64,000 nt of DNA. Source: Ascidiella aspersa. Lineage: Eukaryota. The position numbers and the translations under genes were made by a program. Below are positions 51,824-64,000 of the stretch, one piece after another; the first letter of the stretch is position 1, and every line of letters begins with the position of its first letter. The notes below the pieces were generated by a model. That model did not search any database, was not told the DNA's origin, and worked only from the letters and a program-made list of their open reading frames with translations. The stretch spans positions 5,518,001 to 5,582,000 of the forward strand of contig OZ004608.1 in assembly GCA_963924565.1 (NCBI GenBank), written 5' to 3'.

Positions 51824-52417
51824 ATGGAAGAAGTGTGGCATTTCACCTTTCCTGTTGAGAGGATTCGACCGCAGTACGAAAACGGAAACGAAGATTTTTA
51901 CTCGGAGAAGGGAATGGTAGACGGACAAATGTGGCACGTGGAGTTTGGGCCGGTTGACGACGACGACGAAAATGACGATTATGATGATAATCAGCTGGCT
52001 GGAACTTGTGGGTTGCTGAAGGTCTCAGACAGCCAACCCATTCCTTCTTACTGGAAAGACGCGAAATGGGCTGTGAAGCGAACTATCACCGGAGCTGAAT
52101 CGATTGAAAAAAGTGAAAGCGAATTCGTGCCCGAATACAGCGATATAATGATGAAGAACATCGCCTTCACCCTTCGGGGCCAAGGAATGGAAGAGTGCTG
52201 TAATGTTGAAGCCAGTATTGGCAGATTGCAGGTTGTTACGCATAGTGAGGTAAAGAAGTATGCTACTACCGGCAAAGGCGTACATGGTCTGATAAGTTCT
52301 GCAAATAAGGTTACTATGTACGAAGCTGCAACCTGCTTGGCCGATAAGTTCGGTTCTGGCGTTGTGAGATGGTTAGGCCGTTGCACCGATCCTGGAAGAT
52401 GGCAGAATTCCTGGTAG
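51824..52417 (+). CDS. Array gene B2, 197 aa
   Basis: As B1 except SIENS>SIEKS. Confidence 0.85.
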   Translation: MEEVWHFTFPVERIRPQYENGNEDFYSEKGMVDGQMWHVEFGPVDDDDENDDYDDNQLAGTCGLLKVSDSQPIPSYWKDAKWAVKRTITGAESIEKSESEFVPEYSDIMMKNIAFTLRGQGMEECCNVEASIGRLQVVTHSEVKKYATTGKGVHGLISSANKVTMYEAATCLADKFGSGVVRWLGRCTDPGRWQNSW

Positions 52418-53506
52418 CCGTATTAGAATTGTGATATTGTGCATAATGTTCAAGCCAATTATTCGGCAACCTTGATTGTGATTATACCACTTTAATGCAA
52501 TATTAAAACACAAACATTACTAATTTGAACCCTTTGTATTGCTTCGGTGTTCGCTACAGAAAAGAAAGCAGTAATTTGTTAGTGCACGTTAAAGAGCTTT
52601 TATCAATAAATTGGGGCGTTTTTAAAAGGTCATTATTATTTGTTGCCAGAGCCGGACCCAGAGTGGCACGAGGTCACGACCCCCCAAACAATATTTTTGC
52701 TAATTTTACCACCTACAACCTAAGTGACAAAATAAATAGTTTTATAGTTAAAATAAGTTATTCTGGTATTTATTTGTCTTACTTTCAGTAAATTATTCTT
52801 GCATAAGAAATCGTGCTCCTGTAATGATTATTCATATTTGTTCGGTATGTGCTTCTTCAAATCACCAATGAAAACCTTGCTTTTACGAAATTTAAGTATA
52901 AAGATAATGCGCATTCAACGTTTGCATATTTATCGCCCCGTCTGCGTGCTTTAGTATTTTCGTAATTGGTTTTCGCATCTATAGCTTCTCACCACCTACT
53001 TTATAGCTGTGCATAACCACAGGTATACAAAATCAGGTGATGTAGAATTACCGAACCGAGATAAAGTAAATAAATCATATGATGTGTGTGTTTGTGTTTC
53101 GTCGCATTATATATTCAAGTGTGTATCAATTGTAGCTGCTTAAACAATAAAATTTAATTGTTAAATTATCGTGATTGTAAATTTAATTCAAAAAATTGTA
53201 ACTTAATATACGTTAACGCTAATGTAAAATGACGCCATTTAACATGGAATCAGCTAGTCTTAAAATGTGTGCCGTGGAAGTTTTGTAAGTTTGAAAAATA
53301 ACTAATGTGTAACACATAGGAAAATAGGCAAGCATGTGAAACTAAATGCAACACTATCCATTACAAAATTAATGATAATTAGGCTATTGCCTTATATACT
53401 ATTTGTTAGGGACAGTGGTAACGTGTTTTGCGGGGATTTTGCCGCTAATATTTTAGTGGACTGCAAACCAAAAGGTTTGAGAATAAAATTGCGTGTCTGC
53501 AAATTT

Positions 53507-54092
53507 GGCAACGAAGCGTTGTACTCAGAAACCGGAATGAAGGACGGCGAAATGTGGCAGGTGAATTTTGGCCCAGTCGACGTCAATGATGACGATGACG
53601 TTAAAGATAACGTAGACGATAACGTAGAGGATGACTTCGATGATGAAGTCGACGATGATGACCAACTAGCTGGCTTTGTAGATTGCTGAGGATATCTGAC
53701 CTCCAGGCCATTCCGACTCATTAGGAAAAGGTGGAATGGGCTGTGAAGCGAATTTTCACCGAAACTCGGTACATTAAAGAAAGTGAAAGCGAATTCGTGT
53801 CCAAATACAGCGATACAATGATGAAGAATATTGCCTTTACACTTAGGGGCGAAGGAATAGAAGAGTGCTGCAATGCTGTAGTGTAGACAGTATTGGTGAT
53901 TTGAAAGTTGTGACGCAATTTCGCGTCAAGACGTATAGAAATTCGTGTAAATGCTTCCACGGCCTCATCACTTCAACTAGCGAGGTTACTTTTCATGAAG
54001 CTGCAACCTGCTTGGCCGAAAAGTTCGGTCCTGATGTTGTGAGATGGTTAGTCCGTTGCACCGATCCTCAAATATGGCAAGATTCTTGGTAA
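53507..54092 (+). pseudogene. Array pseudogene P5
   Basis: 5' truncation, premature TAG, extra frameshifts. Confidence 0.88.
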
Positions 54093-56782
54093 AGATATTT
54101 TGATTGCGCTATTGTGCATAATGTTTCTGCAATAATTATTCGGCGACGTCGATTGTGACTATACAATTTGACGCAATAGTAAAATACAAACCATATTTAA
54201 TTTGTACGCTTTTGTATTGGTGTTCGCCACAGAAAAAATGCATCAAATTGAGAGTACACAATGCAACTAAGAGAAGTTTTTGGCAATAAAATGGGGGCGT
54301 TTTTAAAATGTCATCAATATTTGTGGCCAGAGCCGGATCTAGGCACGGGACCATGGCCCCCAAACTATATATTTTGCTAATTTTAACTATACCTAAGTAA
54401 AAAAACGAATAGTTTTAGTATGTATAGCCCATTTTAAGGGTAACTTTGCAGACTTCCTTGAGGTATGACGTCACAAATTTCATCATAACGTGACGTCATA
54501 AAACATTTAACCTTAGAAAAGCTGTTTTTCTCTAGCGCACTATACTACAAATGGAGATATAATACAGTCCAATAGGTTAATGGTATAGCAAAGGTTTAAA
54601 ATAAAAACTATACGTTACGCATAAAGCACATAAAAAAGAGTTTTGCATATGTTCCGAAACAAAGGAATTTATCGTACAATTTAGCAAAAAATACGCTTTA
54701 CGAAGTTTATGACACGATGCAACATACGACGTGACACGATGCAATGACACGATGCAACATACGACGAGCCAAATTCCAAGTGGGCTAAAAAGATTTTCGA
54801 AAAATGGACGAAAACGTTGTAACATGGATAGATGCTTGCCAAACGTTTTTGTAATACCGTGGTAAAAGTAAAAATATATAAGAATCTATTTTGTGGGCAT
54901 GGCCCTATGGCTCCACCTCTCTTGATTAGCGCCAGACACTTTCAAAGGACTCGTGTGAAGTTTCAAGTGCTTAGTGTTCAATCGCTTTAAATATGCCGTA
55001 TTCAACACCGGCAACCAATAAACAGCTATTTTAAATCAGGTGAAGTTGCTACGTAACATCACGTGACTGCTCTTAAAACCACCTATTGGCTGGAATAGGC
55101 GTCATTTCGAAGGTCACGCGTACCTCGTGCCACTTGATAACGTTGAAGAGAACGCTGACTATAAAGAAGGGCACACTCAATAAGACCTACAAGGCAACAA
55201 TATCTAAAGCGGAATAGTCTTTAAAACCGTAGTTTTACGACCAACGACATAATAAAGCCAAATACAAAGTAATATCCATGACAGAATAATATCTAAATCG
55301 TCTAAAATTCCAACTGTCAAACATCTCCCAACCGACAATTAAACCGCCACTGTGGTATCTTTTCACATCTAGGAAGACAATACCCTAGTAACCTGGTCAT
55401 ACAAGCACTTCTAGAAGGCAATTTTATATGTCGTCCACATTCCCAATGTTTCGAGACATTCCTATTCCCTAACATTTATCGCTTTGACACGATTGTTGTC
55501 CTTAAATTAAGCTCTACCCATAACTGATTTTTTAAATACGTCAAGGGTCGAACAAAAAATCATCTAACAACCATCTATAGTAGCGCACGTATAATTGGCG
55601 GAAGCGAATGATCCTTATTGTATTGTTTTTTGTGCAAATAAAAACAAAATGCTGCGCCAAAGTTTTGGTAATTGTTTCGAGAAAGTCGTTTCTGAGGACC
55701 ACTTGGCAAACATGTCACTATGCAAATTCAGTAACCAGATTTTACTTCCGCATTGGTCCAAAGATACAGCGTAATATATCTGCTAACAATTTCTCATTAA
55801 TATCTGCGGAAGTGGTCTTTTCGTCTTGTTGCGTATGCAAAGACGCGTTTCCTGTAGGTGTATGCAAGTATAATTACGTTAAGTAAGAACACTAGCCCTA
55901 TTCTATATACTGGTTTACGTTTAATCATATGAATTTGATAGTCATTTATTTTTTTGTATTAAAGTAGATTATAGTCTCTGCGTGCGCACCAGGCATAGAC
56001 GTGTTTGCTGTACGTTAATAAATAGATAATACATGTGACGTATCTATTTTTTGTTTGTATCATATTCTGGTTTTCTAAACGATATTGTTCGAGTTTCTTA
56101 AGACTCATGCAGCTATTACCTTTTGAAATCGTGGTAAAATATTACTAAATATGGTGTAATAGGGACAATTAGTGTGTGTTTTCGCAGTTGAAACAGTTTG
56201 TCTAGACTTTTCTGTCTTGGTAATAGGAAGTCATTTGTAAGTTCCACTGGTTCATGAAATATATTTCGCCACAAAACACGGCATCATCAGTCTCTTAATG
56301 AAATACAATTTATTTGAAATTTATAGCTTCTATTCGAATAAGAGACTGTTGTCTTATTTTGTTGCAAAATATATTTCTCTTTTAAGCGATTAAAACTTAT
56401 AAATGACTGACGTTGACCAAGACAGGAAAGTCTACTCTAAAGAAGAGTTGCTTCCATTTGAAGTCGTCATTTAATTGTAAGGGCGACGAGACATCTTCAT
56501 ATTTTACACAATCAGTTTGCCATTGATACAGTTATGGTTGCCTTTAAAACGAGGTAAAGCGCTTAGCAATGTCAAAACAGGGCCCCATTCGGTTTAAATA
56601 CCTGGTTTAAGCTTTGCGTGTTCTTATAGTCACAATCTTTTTACCTGAATTATTTACGTATTTTCTTGCTGCATTTATTTGGCTTTAGCTCGCTCCACTA
56701 TTTTGCTCAGGCAGGTATTTTCCAATTGTTTGAAAAAAACACCTTTTATTGATTGTTTGCTGCTGTTCCGATAAAGATAAAA

Positions 56783-57355
56783 ATGCAGGAAGTGTGGCCT
56801 TTCGCCTTTCCCGTTCAGACGATTATACCGCGATACGAAAACGGAAACGAAGAATTGTACTCGGAATGCGGGATGGAAGACAGACAAATGTGGTACGTGG
56901 AGTTTGGGCCTGCATATCTCAGTACTGGTACCCATCTGGCTGGAAATTGTGGATTGCGGAGGGTGTCAGACGGTCAACCCATTCCGTCTCGTTGGAATGA
57001 CGTGGATAGGGCTCTTCAGAGAATATTCACAGGAGCTTACGACACGGAAAATGAAGTAGTTGCATTCCGATCTGATTACAGCGATACAATGATGAAGAAT
57101 ATTGCCTTCACACTTCGGGGCCAGGGAATGGAACAGTGCTGCGGTTATGTAGACTCAAATGGCTCTTGGGAGCTTGAGACGCATGGCGCGGTGACGCATT
57201 ATGATGATACTGGTGTAGGTGTTCACGGTCTAATTACTTCGGCGAATGAAATCGCTTTGAACGAAGCTGCCATCTACTTGACCAGCAAGTTCCCTGGCTT
57301 GGTGAGATGGGTTAGCCGTTGCGTTAACCCCGAAGGGTGGCAATACTCTTGGTAG
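56783..57355 (+). CDS. Array gene D, divergent C-like paralog, 190 aa
   Basis: Intact ORF MQEVWPFAFPVQTII...PEGWQYSW within C-type flanks. Confidence 0.85.
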   Translation: MQEVWPFAFPVQTIIPRYENGNEELYSECGMEDRQMWYVEFGPAYLSTGTHLAGNCGLRRVSDGQPIPSRWNDVDRALQRIFTGAYDTENEVVAFRSDYSDTMMKNIAFTLRGQGMEQCCGYVDSNGSWELETHGAVTHYDDTGVGVHGLITSANEIALNEAAIYLTSKFPGLVRWVSRCVNPEGWQYSW

Positions 57356-60238
57356 CAATTAAAAATCTTCGGATTGTGTAGATAAAATACAACAGTTTAA
57401 TTCGCTGATCTTTAATATATCTCTTTTAACGCAAAATTGAAAAACATGCGATTATCAATTTGTTCTAGTATCGAGGCTTAATTGTGTTTGTCTAAAATGT
57501 TTAATGAATAATCTTGCATAAGTAATCGTGCTCCTGAAATGATTATTTATATTTGTTCGTTATGTGCTTCTTCAAATACTTACCTCGCTTTTACGAAATT
57601 TAAGTATAAAGATAATGCGCATTCAACGTTTGCATATTTATCGCCCGTCTGCGTGCTTTAGTATTTTCGTAATTGGTTTTCGCATCTATAGCTTCTCACC
57701 ACCTACTTTATAGCTGTGTATAACCACAAGTATACAAAATCAGCTGATGTAGAATTACCGAACCGAGATAAAGTAAATAATTTATGAGATATGTGTGTTT
57801 GTTTTTGTCGCATTATATATTCAAGTGTGTATCAATTGTAGCTGCTTAAACAATAAAATTGACTTGTTAAATCATCGTGATTGTTCACATTCTGTAAGCT
57901 TCGCTTCCGGTCATGTCATAGTTATGGATAGTTATAATTATATCGATTCATTGCGATTTATGAGGAAGCCTTGTAAATAGGGAAATTAAACTTAAGCCTC
58001 TTGCGTTATGGTGAGAAATTGTAAGAGGAATATGGATGCCCCGAGGAATATGGATGCCGGTATATCCATTTTACCCATAGCTTCCAAACGTAGCGTGTAA
58101 ACTAAATATACAATTGTAACTAAATATAAGGTAACGCTAATGTAAATGACGTCATTTGACATGGAATAAGTTACTTATTCAGTACATTTTGCCCCAAAAC
58201 TTGGGTATCGATATCGCAACCCACTACATACTATTAATAAAGGTAACCTCGCGATTGTTAGTTCCATCCCAATTTGCAAAAAAACCCTACCCCAACAGTA
58301 ACCCTACAACACATATACACAAGGTCTGTTGTCTGGCGTTCGCACAGCATGTAGCCATAGACATGAACTTACAGCTGTTAGCTTTGTGAAGCGTTTGCCG
58401 CTATTCAATTTATAAATAAATAAATAAATTTAATTCTGCCCCTTTAGATTCCACGCTTTTTCTCATAAAGATATTCTTACATAAAGTTATTGAAATCAAA
58501 GTAAAATGATATTATAGTTACTGCAATAGTTAAAATTAGTATAGTTTATCTGTCCTTTTTTGCTCAAACTAGTTACTTCTTATTCAAGCCAATACGAAGT
58601 TATTTTTGTCATATTAACCTCCGCCTTACAAAATACCCTTTGCCCCGAGATGAATATTTGTTTTATTACACAACGCAAGCATTCTTTCTTACGAGAGCAA
58701 GGTTTCGTCGTAAAACAAATAAAAGCTTTAACTATGTTGGTAATTTGCAACTACTAGTCGTAAGCGATGGCTTATATAATTGCAATCTAAAAATCAAAAG
58801 ACATTTAATTGCAATCTAAAAATAAACCGGGGATAAAAAGGATTATTAGAAGGTTGTTTGAATTTATGCATTTATTGAGAAATTGTCCGACTTTGTATAG
58901 GCGTAAATTGCAGACACGCAATTTTATTCTCAAACCTTTGGGTTTGCAGTCCACTAAATATTAGCGGCAAAATCCCTGCAAAACACGTTACAACTGTCCC
59001 TAGCAAACTGTATATAAGGCAATAGCCTAATTATCATTAATTTTGTAGTGGAATTTATCATTACTTTTTGTAGCACTTTTGTAGTGGAGTGTGCATTTTG
59101 GTCGCACGCGTACCCATTTTCTTATTTGTTACACATAAGTTATTTTTCAAACTTACAAAACTTTCACGGCACGCAGTTTAAGAATAGCTGACTTTAAATG
59201 TCGTTTAACCACGTACTGATAGTAGTTCTTACAATAATTTCTTGGGGGCTTTTCGAATGTATAATATTGAAATGCTACTGATATAGGGTGTAAGCGAACA
59301 GGCGTATTCTGAGAATCACCAAATTCAACAAGTTTCTGCGGGCCACTGTGGCACTCTCGTACTTTACCACTGCCCCAAGACAAGGTTCTTTTTACCAACT
59401 ATTACTCTATATTCGTGTATGTCGAACAACTGGAAATTATTTTTCCAAAGTTTGAGTAATTGAAAAGTAGCGCCAAACTAAATCGAACATTCGCATCTTA
59501 TGCTTTAGCGCACTTTACTTGGATATAAGCATACTTAACCATATTGCACCTACTCGCTATATTTCGACTAACATCAACAATTTCGTAGGTTTTTTGCATG
59601 AGATAACTCTCGTGACGTATGATTAAAACTTATAGTTGATTAATAAAAGTTGTTCTGTGCACTCACATAGTAAAACTAAATTGGTCGAAAACTATTTCGT
59701 AAGCCGTGAAATTATTAATTGACTCAACAACTTACACACGAAAGGCTGCAGAATTCGTAAGCGCTTCTAAAGTAACAATTCGAGTAGTTATAGGTTCAAT
59801 TAGGATCGCTATAAGGCGGAATCGATTTTTTGTTGGGCAGCGACGTCAGATGTTGACACACAGCCGCGACGTCATATATATATATAAGCAATACGACATC
59901 GTATATCGATTCAACAACGTTATACAGCCGAAAGACCATTTGTTAATAAAGCGGTTCTGAATATTTCAGTTCGACTGACAAAAATCTCGCATAAATCAGC
60001 TCATATTTGACAAATTAGCTGAAAACCGTTCTTAAAAATCCTGCTTGACGGTTCGAATCCCTGGTTTAAGCTTTGCATTTTCTTAGGCAGAATTGTTTTG
60101 CCTAGGTTATTTTAAGTCTTTTCTGGCTGCATTTATTTGGCTTTAACTCGCTCTACTATTTTAGTCATGCAGGAATTTTTCAATTGTTGAAAAAACACCA
60201 TTTATTGGTTGATTGCTGCTGTTCCGATAAAGATAATA

Positions 60239-60832
60239 ATGGAAGAAGTGTGGCATTTCACCTTTCCTGTTGAGAGGATTCGACCGCAGTACGAAAACGG
60301 AAACGAAGATTTTTACTCGGAGAAGGGAATGGTAGACGGACAAATGTGGCACGTGGAGTTTGGGCCGGTTGACGACGACGACGAAAATGACGATTATGAT
60401 GATAATCAGCTGGCTGGAACTTGTGGGTTGCTGAAGGTCTCAGACAGCCAACCCATTCCTTCTTACTGGAAAGACGCGAAATGGGCTGTGAAGCGAACTA
60501 TCACCGGAGCTGAATCGATTGAAAACAGTGAAAGCGAATTCGTGCCCGAATACAGCGATATAATGATGAAGAACATCGCCTTCACCCTTCGGGGCCAAGG
60601 AATGGAAGAGTGCTGTAATGTTGAAGCCAGTATTGGCAGATTGCAGGTTGTTACGCATAGTGAGGTAAAGAAGTATGCTACTACCGGCAAAGGCGTACAT
60701 GGTCTGATAAGTTCTGCAAATAAGGTTACTATGTACGAAGCTGCAACCTGCTTGGCCGATAAGTTCGGTTCTGGCGTTGTGAGATGGTTAGGCCGTTGCA
60801 CCGATCCTGGAAGATGGCAGAATTCCTGGTAG
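60239..60832 (+). CDS. Array gene B3, 197 aa
   Basis: Protein identical to B1. Confidence 0.85.
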   Translation: MEEVWHFTFPVERIRPQYENGNEDFYSEKGMVDGQMWHVEFGPVDDDDENDDYDDNQLAGTCGLLKVSDSQPIPSYWKDAKWAVKRTITGAESIENSESEFVPEYSDIMMKNIAFTLRGQGMEECCNVEASIGRLQVVTHSEVKKYATTGKGVHGLISSANKVTMYEAATCLADKFGSGVVRWLGRCTDPGRWQNSW

Positions 60833-61921
60833 CCGTATTAGAATTGTGATATTGTGCATAATGTTCAAGCCAATTATTCGGCAACCTTGATTGTGATTAT
60901 ACCACTTTAATGCAATATTAAAACACAAACATTACTAATTTGAACCCTTTGTATTGCTTCGGTGTTCGCTACAGAAAAGAAAGCAGTAATTTGTTAGTGC
61001 ACGTTAAAGAGCTTTTATCAATAAATTGAGGCGTTTTTAAAAGGTCATTATTATTTGTTGCCAGAGCCGGACCCAGAGTGGCACGAGGTCACGACCCCCC
61101 AAACAATATTTTTGCTAATTTTACCACCTACAACCTATGTGACAAAATAAATAGTTTTATAGTTAAAATAAGTTATTCTGGTATTTATTTGTCTTACTTT
61201 CAGTAAATTATTCTTGCATAAGAAATCGTGCTCCTGTAATGATTATTCATATTTGTTCGGTATGTGCTTCTTCAAATCACCAATGAAAACCTTGCTTTTA
61301 CGAAATTTAAGTATAAAGATAATGCGCATTCAACGTTTGCATATTTATCGCCCCGTCTGCGTGCTTTAGTATTTTCGTAATTGGTTTTCGCATCTATAGC
61401 TTCTCACCACCTACTTTATAGCTGTGCATAACCACAGGTATACAAAATCAGGTGATGTAGAATTACCGAACCGAGATAAAGTAAATAAATCATATGATGT
61501 GTGTGTTTGTGTTTCGTCGCATTATATATTCAAGTGTGTATCAATTGTAGCTGCTTAAACAATAAAATTTAATTGTTAAATTATCGTGATTGTAAATTTA
61601 ATTCAAAAAATTGTAACTTAATATACGTTAACGCTAATGTAAAATGACGCCATTTAACATGGAATCAGCTAGTCTTAAACTGTGTGCCGTGGAAGTTTTG
61701 TAAGTTTGAAAAATAACTAATGTGTAACACATAGGAAAATAGGCAAGCATGTGAGACTAAATGCAACACTATCCATTACAAAATTAATGATAATTAGGCT
61801 ATTGCCTTATATACTATTTGTTAGGGACAGTGGTAACGTGTTTTGCGGGGATTTTGCCGCTAATATTTTAGTGGACTGCAAACCAAAAGGTTTGAGAATA
61901 AAATTGCGTGTCTGCAAATTT

Positions 61922-62323
61922 GGCAACGAAGCGTTGTACTCAGAAACCGGAATGAAGGACGGCGAAATGGGCTGTGAAGCGAATTTTCACCGAAACTCGG
62001 TACATTAAAGAAAGTGAAAGCGAATTCGTGTCCAAATACAGCGATACAATGATGAAGAATATTGCCTTTATACTCAGGGGCGAAGGAATAGAAGAGTGCT
62101 GCAATGCTGTAGTGTAGACAGTATTGGTGATTTGAAAGTTGTGACGCAATTTCGCGTCAAGACGTATAGAAATTCTGGTAAATGCTTCCACGGCCTCATC
62201 ACTTCAACTAGCGAGGTTACTTTTCATGAAGCTGCAACCTGCTTGGCCGAAAAGTTCGGTCCTGATGTTGTGAGATGGTTAGTCCGTTGCACCGATCCTC
62301 AAATATGGCAAGATTCTTGGTAA
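61922..62323 (+). pseudogene. Array pseudogene P6 with ~185-bp internal deletion
   Basis: ggcgaaatg joined to ggctgtgaag, removing the acidic loop; +5 frameshift retained. Confidence 0.88.
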
Positions 62324-64000
62324 AGATATTTTGATTGCGCTATTGTGCATAATGTTTCTGCAATAATTATTCGGCGACGTCGATTGTGACTATACAATTT
62401 GACGCAATAGTAAAATACAAACCATATTTAATTTGTACGCTTTTGTATTGGTGTTCGCCACAGAAAAAATGCATCAAATTGAGAGTACACAATGCAACTA
62501 AGAGAAGTTTTTGGCAATAAAATGGGGGCGTTTTTAAAATGTCATCAATATTTGTGGCCAGAGCCGGATCTAGGCACGGGACCATGGCCCCCAAACTATA
62601 TATTTTGCTAATTTTAACTATACCTAAGTAAAAAAACGAATAGTTTTAGTATGTATAGCCCATTTTAAGGGTAACTTTGCAGACTTCCTTGAGGTATGAC
62701 GTCACAAATTTCATCATAACGTGACGTCATAAAACATTTAACCTTAGAAAAGCTGTTTTTCTCTAGCGCACTATACTACAAATGGAGATATAATACAGTC
62801 CAATAGGTTAATGGTATAGCAAAGGTTTAAAATAAAAACTATACGTTACGCATAAAGCACATAAAAAAGAGTTTTGCATATGTTCCGAAACAAAGGAATT
62901 TATCGTACAATTTAGCAAAAAATACGCTTTACGAAGTTTATGACACGATGCAACATACGACGTGACACGATGCAATGACACGATGCAACATACGACGAGC
63001 CAAATTCCAAGTGGGCTAAAAAGATTTTCGAAAAATGGACGAAAACGTTGTAACATGGATAGATGCTTGCCAAACGTTTTTGTAATACCGTGGTAAAAGT
63101 AAAAATATATAAGAATCTATTTTGTGGGCATGGCCCTATGGCTCCACCTCTCTTGATTAGCGCCAGACACTTTCAAAGGACTCGTGTGAAGTTTCAAAGT
63201 GCTTAGTGTTCAATCGCTTTAAATATGCCGTATTCAACACCGGCAACCAATAAACAGCTATTTTAAATCAGGTGAAGTTGCTACGTAACATCACGTGACT
63301 GCTCTTAAAACCACCTATTGGCTGGAATAGGCGTCATTTCGAAGGTCACGCGTACCTCGTGCCACTTGATAACGTTAAAGAGAACGCTGACTATAAAGAA
63401 GGGCACACTCAATAAGACCTACAAGGCAACAATATCTAAAGCGGAATAGTCTTTAAAACCGTAGTTTTACGACCAACGACATAATAAAGCCAAATACAAA
63501 GTAATATCCATGACAGAATAATATCTAAATCGTCTAAAATTCCAACTGTCAAACATCTCCCAACCGACAATTAAACCGCCACTGTGGTATCTTTTCACAT
63601 CTAGGAAGACAATACCCTAGTAACCTGGTCATACAAGCACTTCTAGAAGGCAATTTTATATGTCGTCCACATTCCCAATGTTTCGAGACATTCCTATTAC
63701 CTAACATTTATCGCTTTGACACGTTTGTCGTCCTTAAATTAAGCTCTACCCATAACTGATTTTTTAAATACGTCAAGGGTCGAACAAAAAATCATCTAAC
63801 AACCATCTATAGTAGCGCACGTATAATTGGCGGAAGCGAATGATCCTTATTGTATTGTTTTTTGTGCAAATAAAAACAAAATGCTGCGCCAAAGTTTTGG
63901 AAATTGTTTCGAGAAAGTCGTTTCTGAGGACCACTTGGCAAACATGTCACTATGCAAATTTAGTAACCAGGTTTTACTTCCGCATTGGTCCAAAGATACA

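Larger units (their letters stand above)
10247..64000 (+). repeat. Tandem gene array built from segmental duplications; continues past the window end
   Basis: Order A1-P1-B1-P2-C1-A2-P3-C2-AB-A3-P4-C3-B2-P5-D-B3-P6, all on +, with repeated near-identical spacers. Confidence 0.95.

Overview
AT-rich eukaryotic (animal) genomic DNA with spliceosomal introns, hAT-type MITEs and Penelope-like relics. The style fits an invertebrate such as an ascidian, but taxonomy cannot be fixed from sequence alone. 1-10 kb: the last five coding exons of a class A GPCR (+ strand, 5' part not found), MITE-filled introns, a Penelope-like GIY-YIG fragment, and minimal hammerhead ribozyme motifs. ~10.2-64 kb (running off the right edge): a tandem array of one unrecognised family with intronless coding regions. 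It holds 11 intact ORFs of 190-206 aa (types A, B, C, D and an A/B chimera) and 6 5'-truncated pseudogenes, built from nested segmental duplications. The protein appears to be two internally homologous ~95-aa halves that are shuffled between copies near their boundary. Types C and D show a strong excess of amino-acid-changing substitutions. Each half has the motif order of an HUH/Rep endonuclease domain with altered catalytic residues; this is an inference that needs a structure search. The array is the best candidate for an undescribed, rapidly diversifying system.
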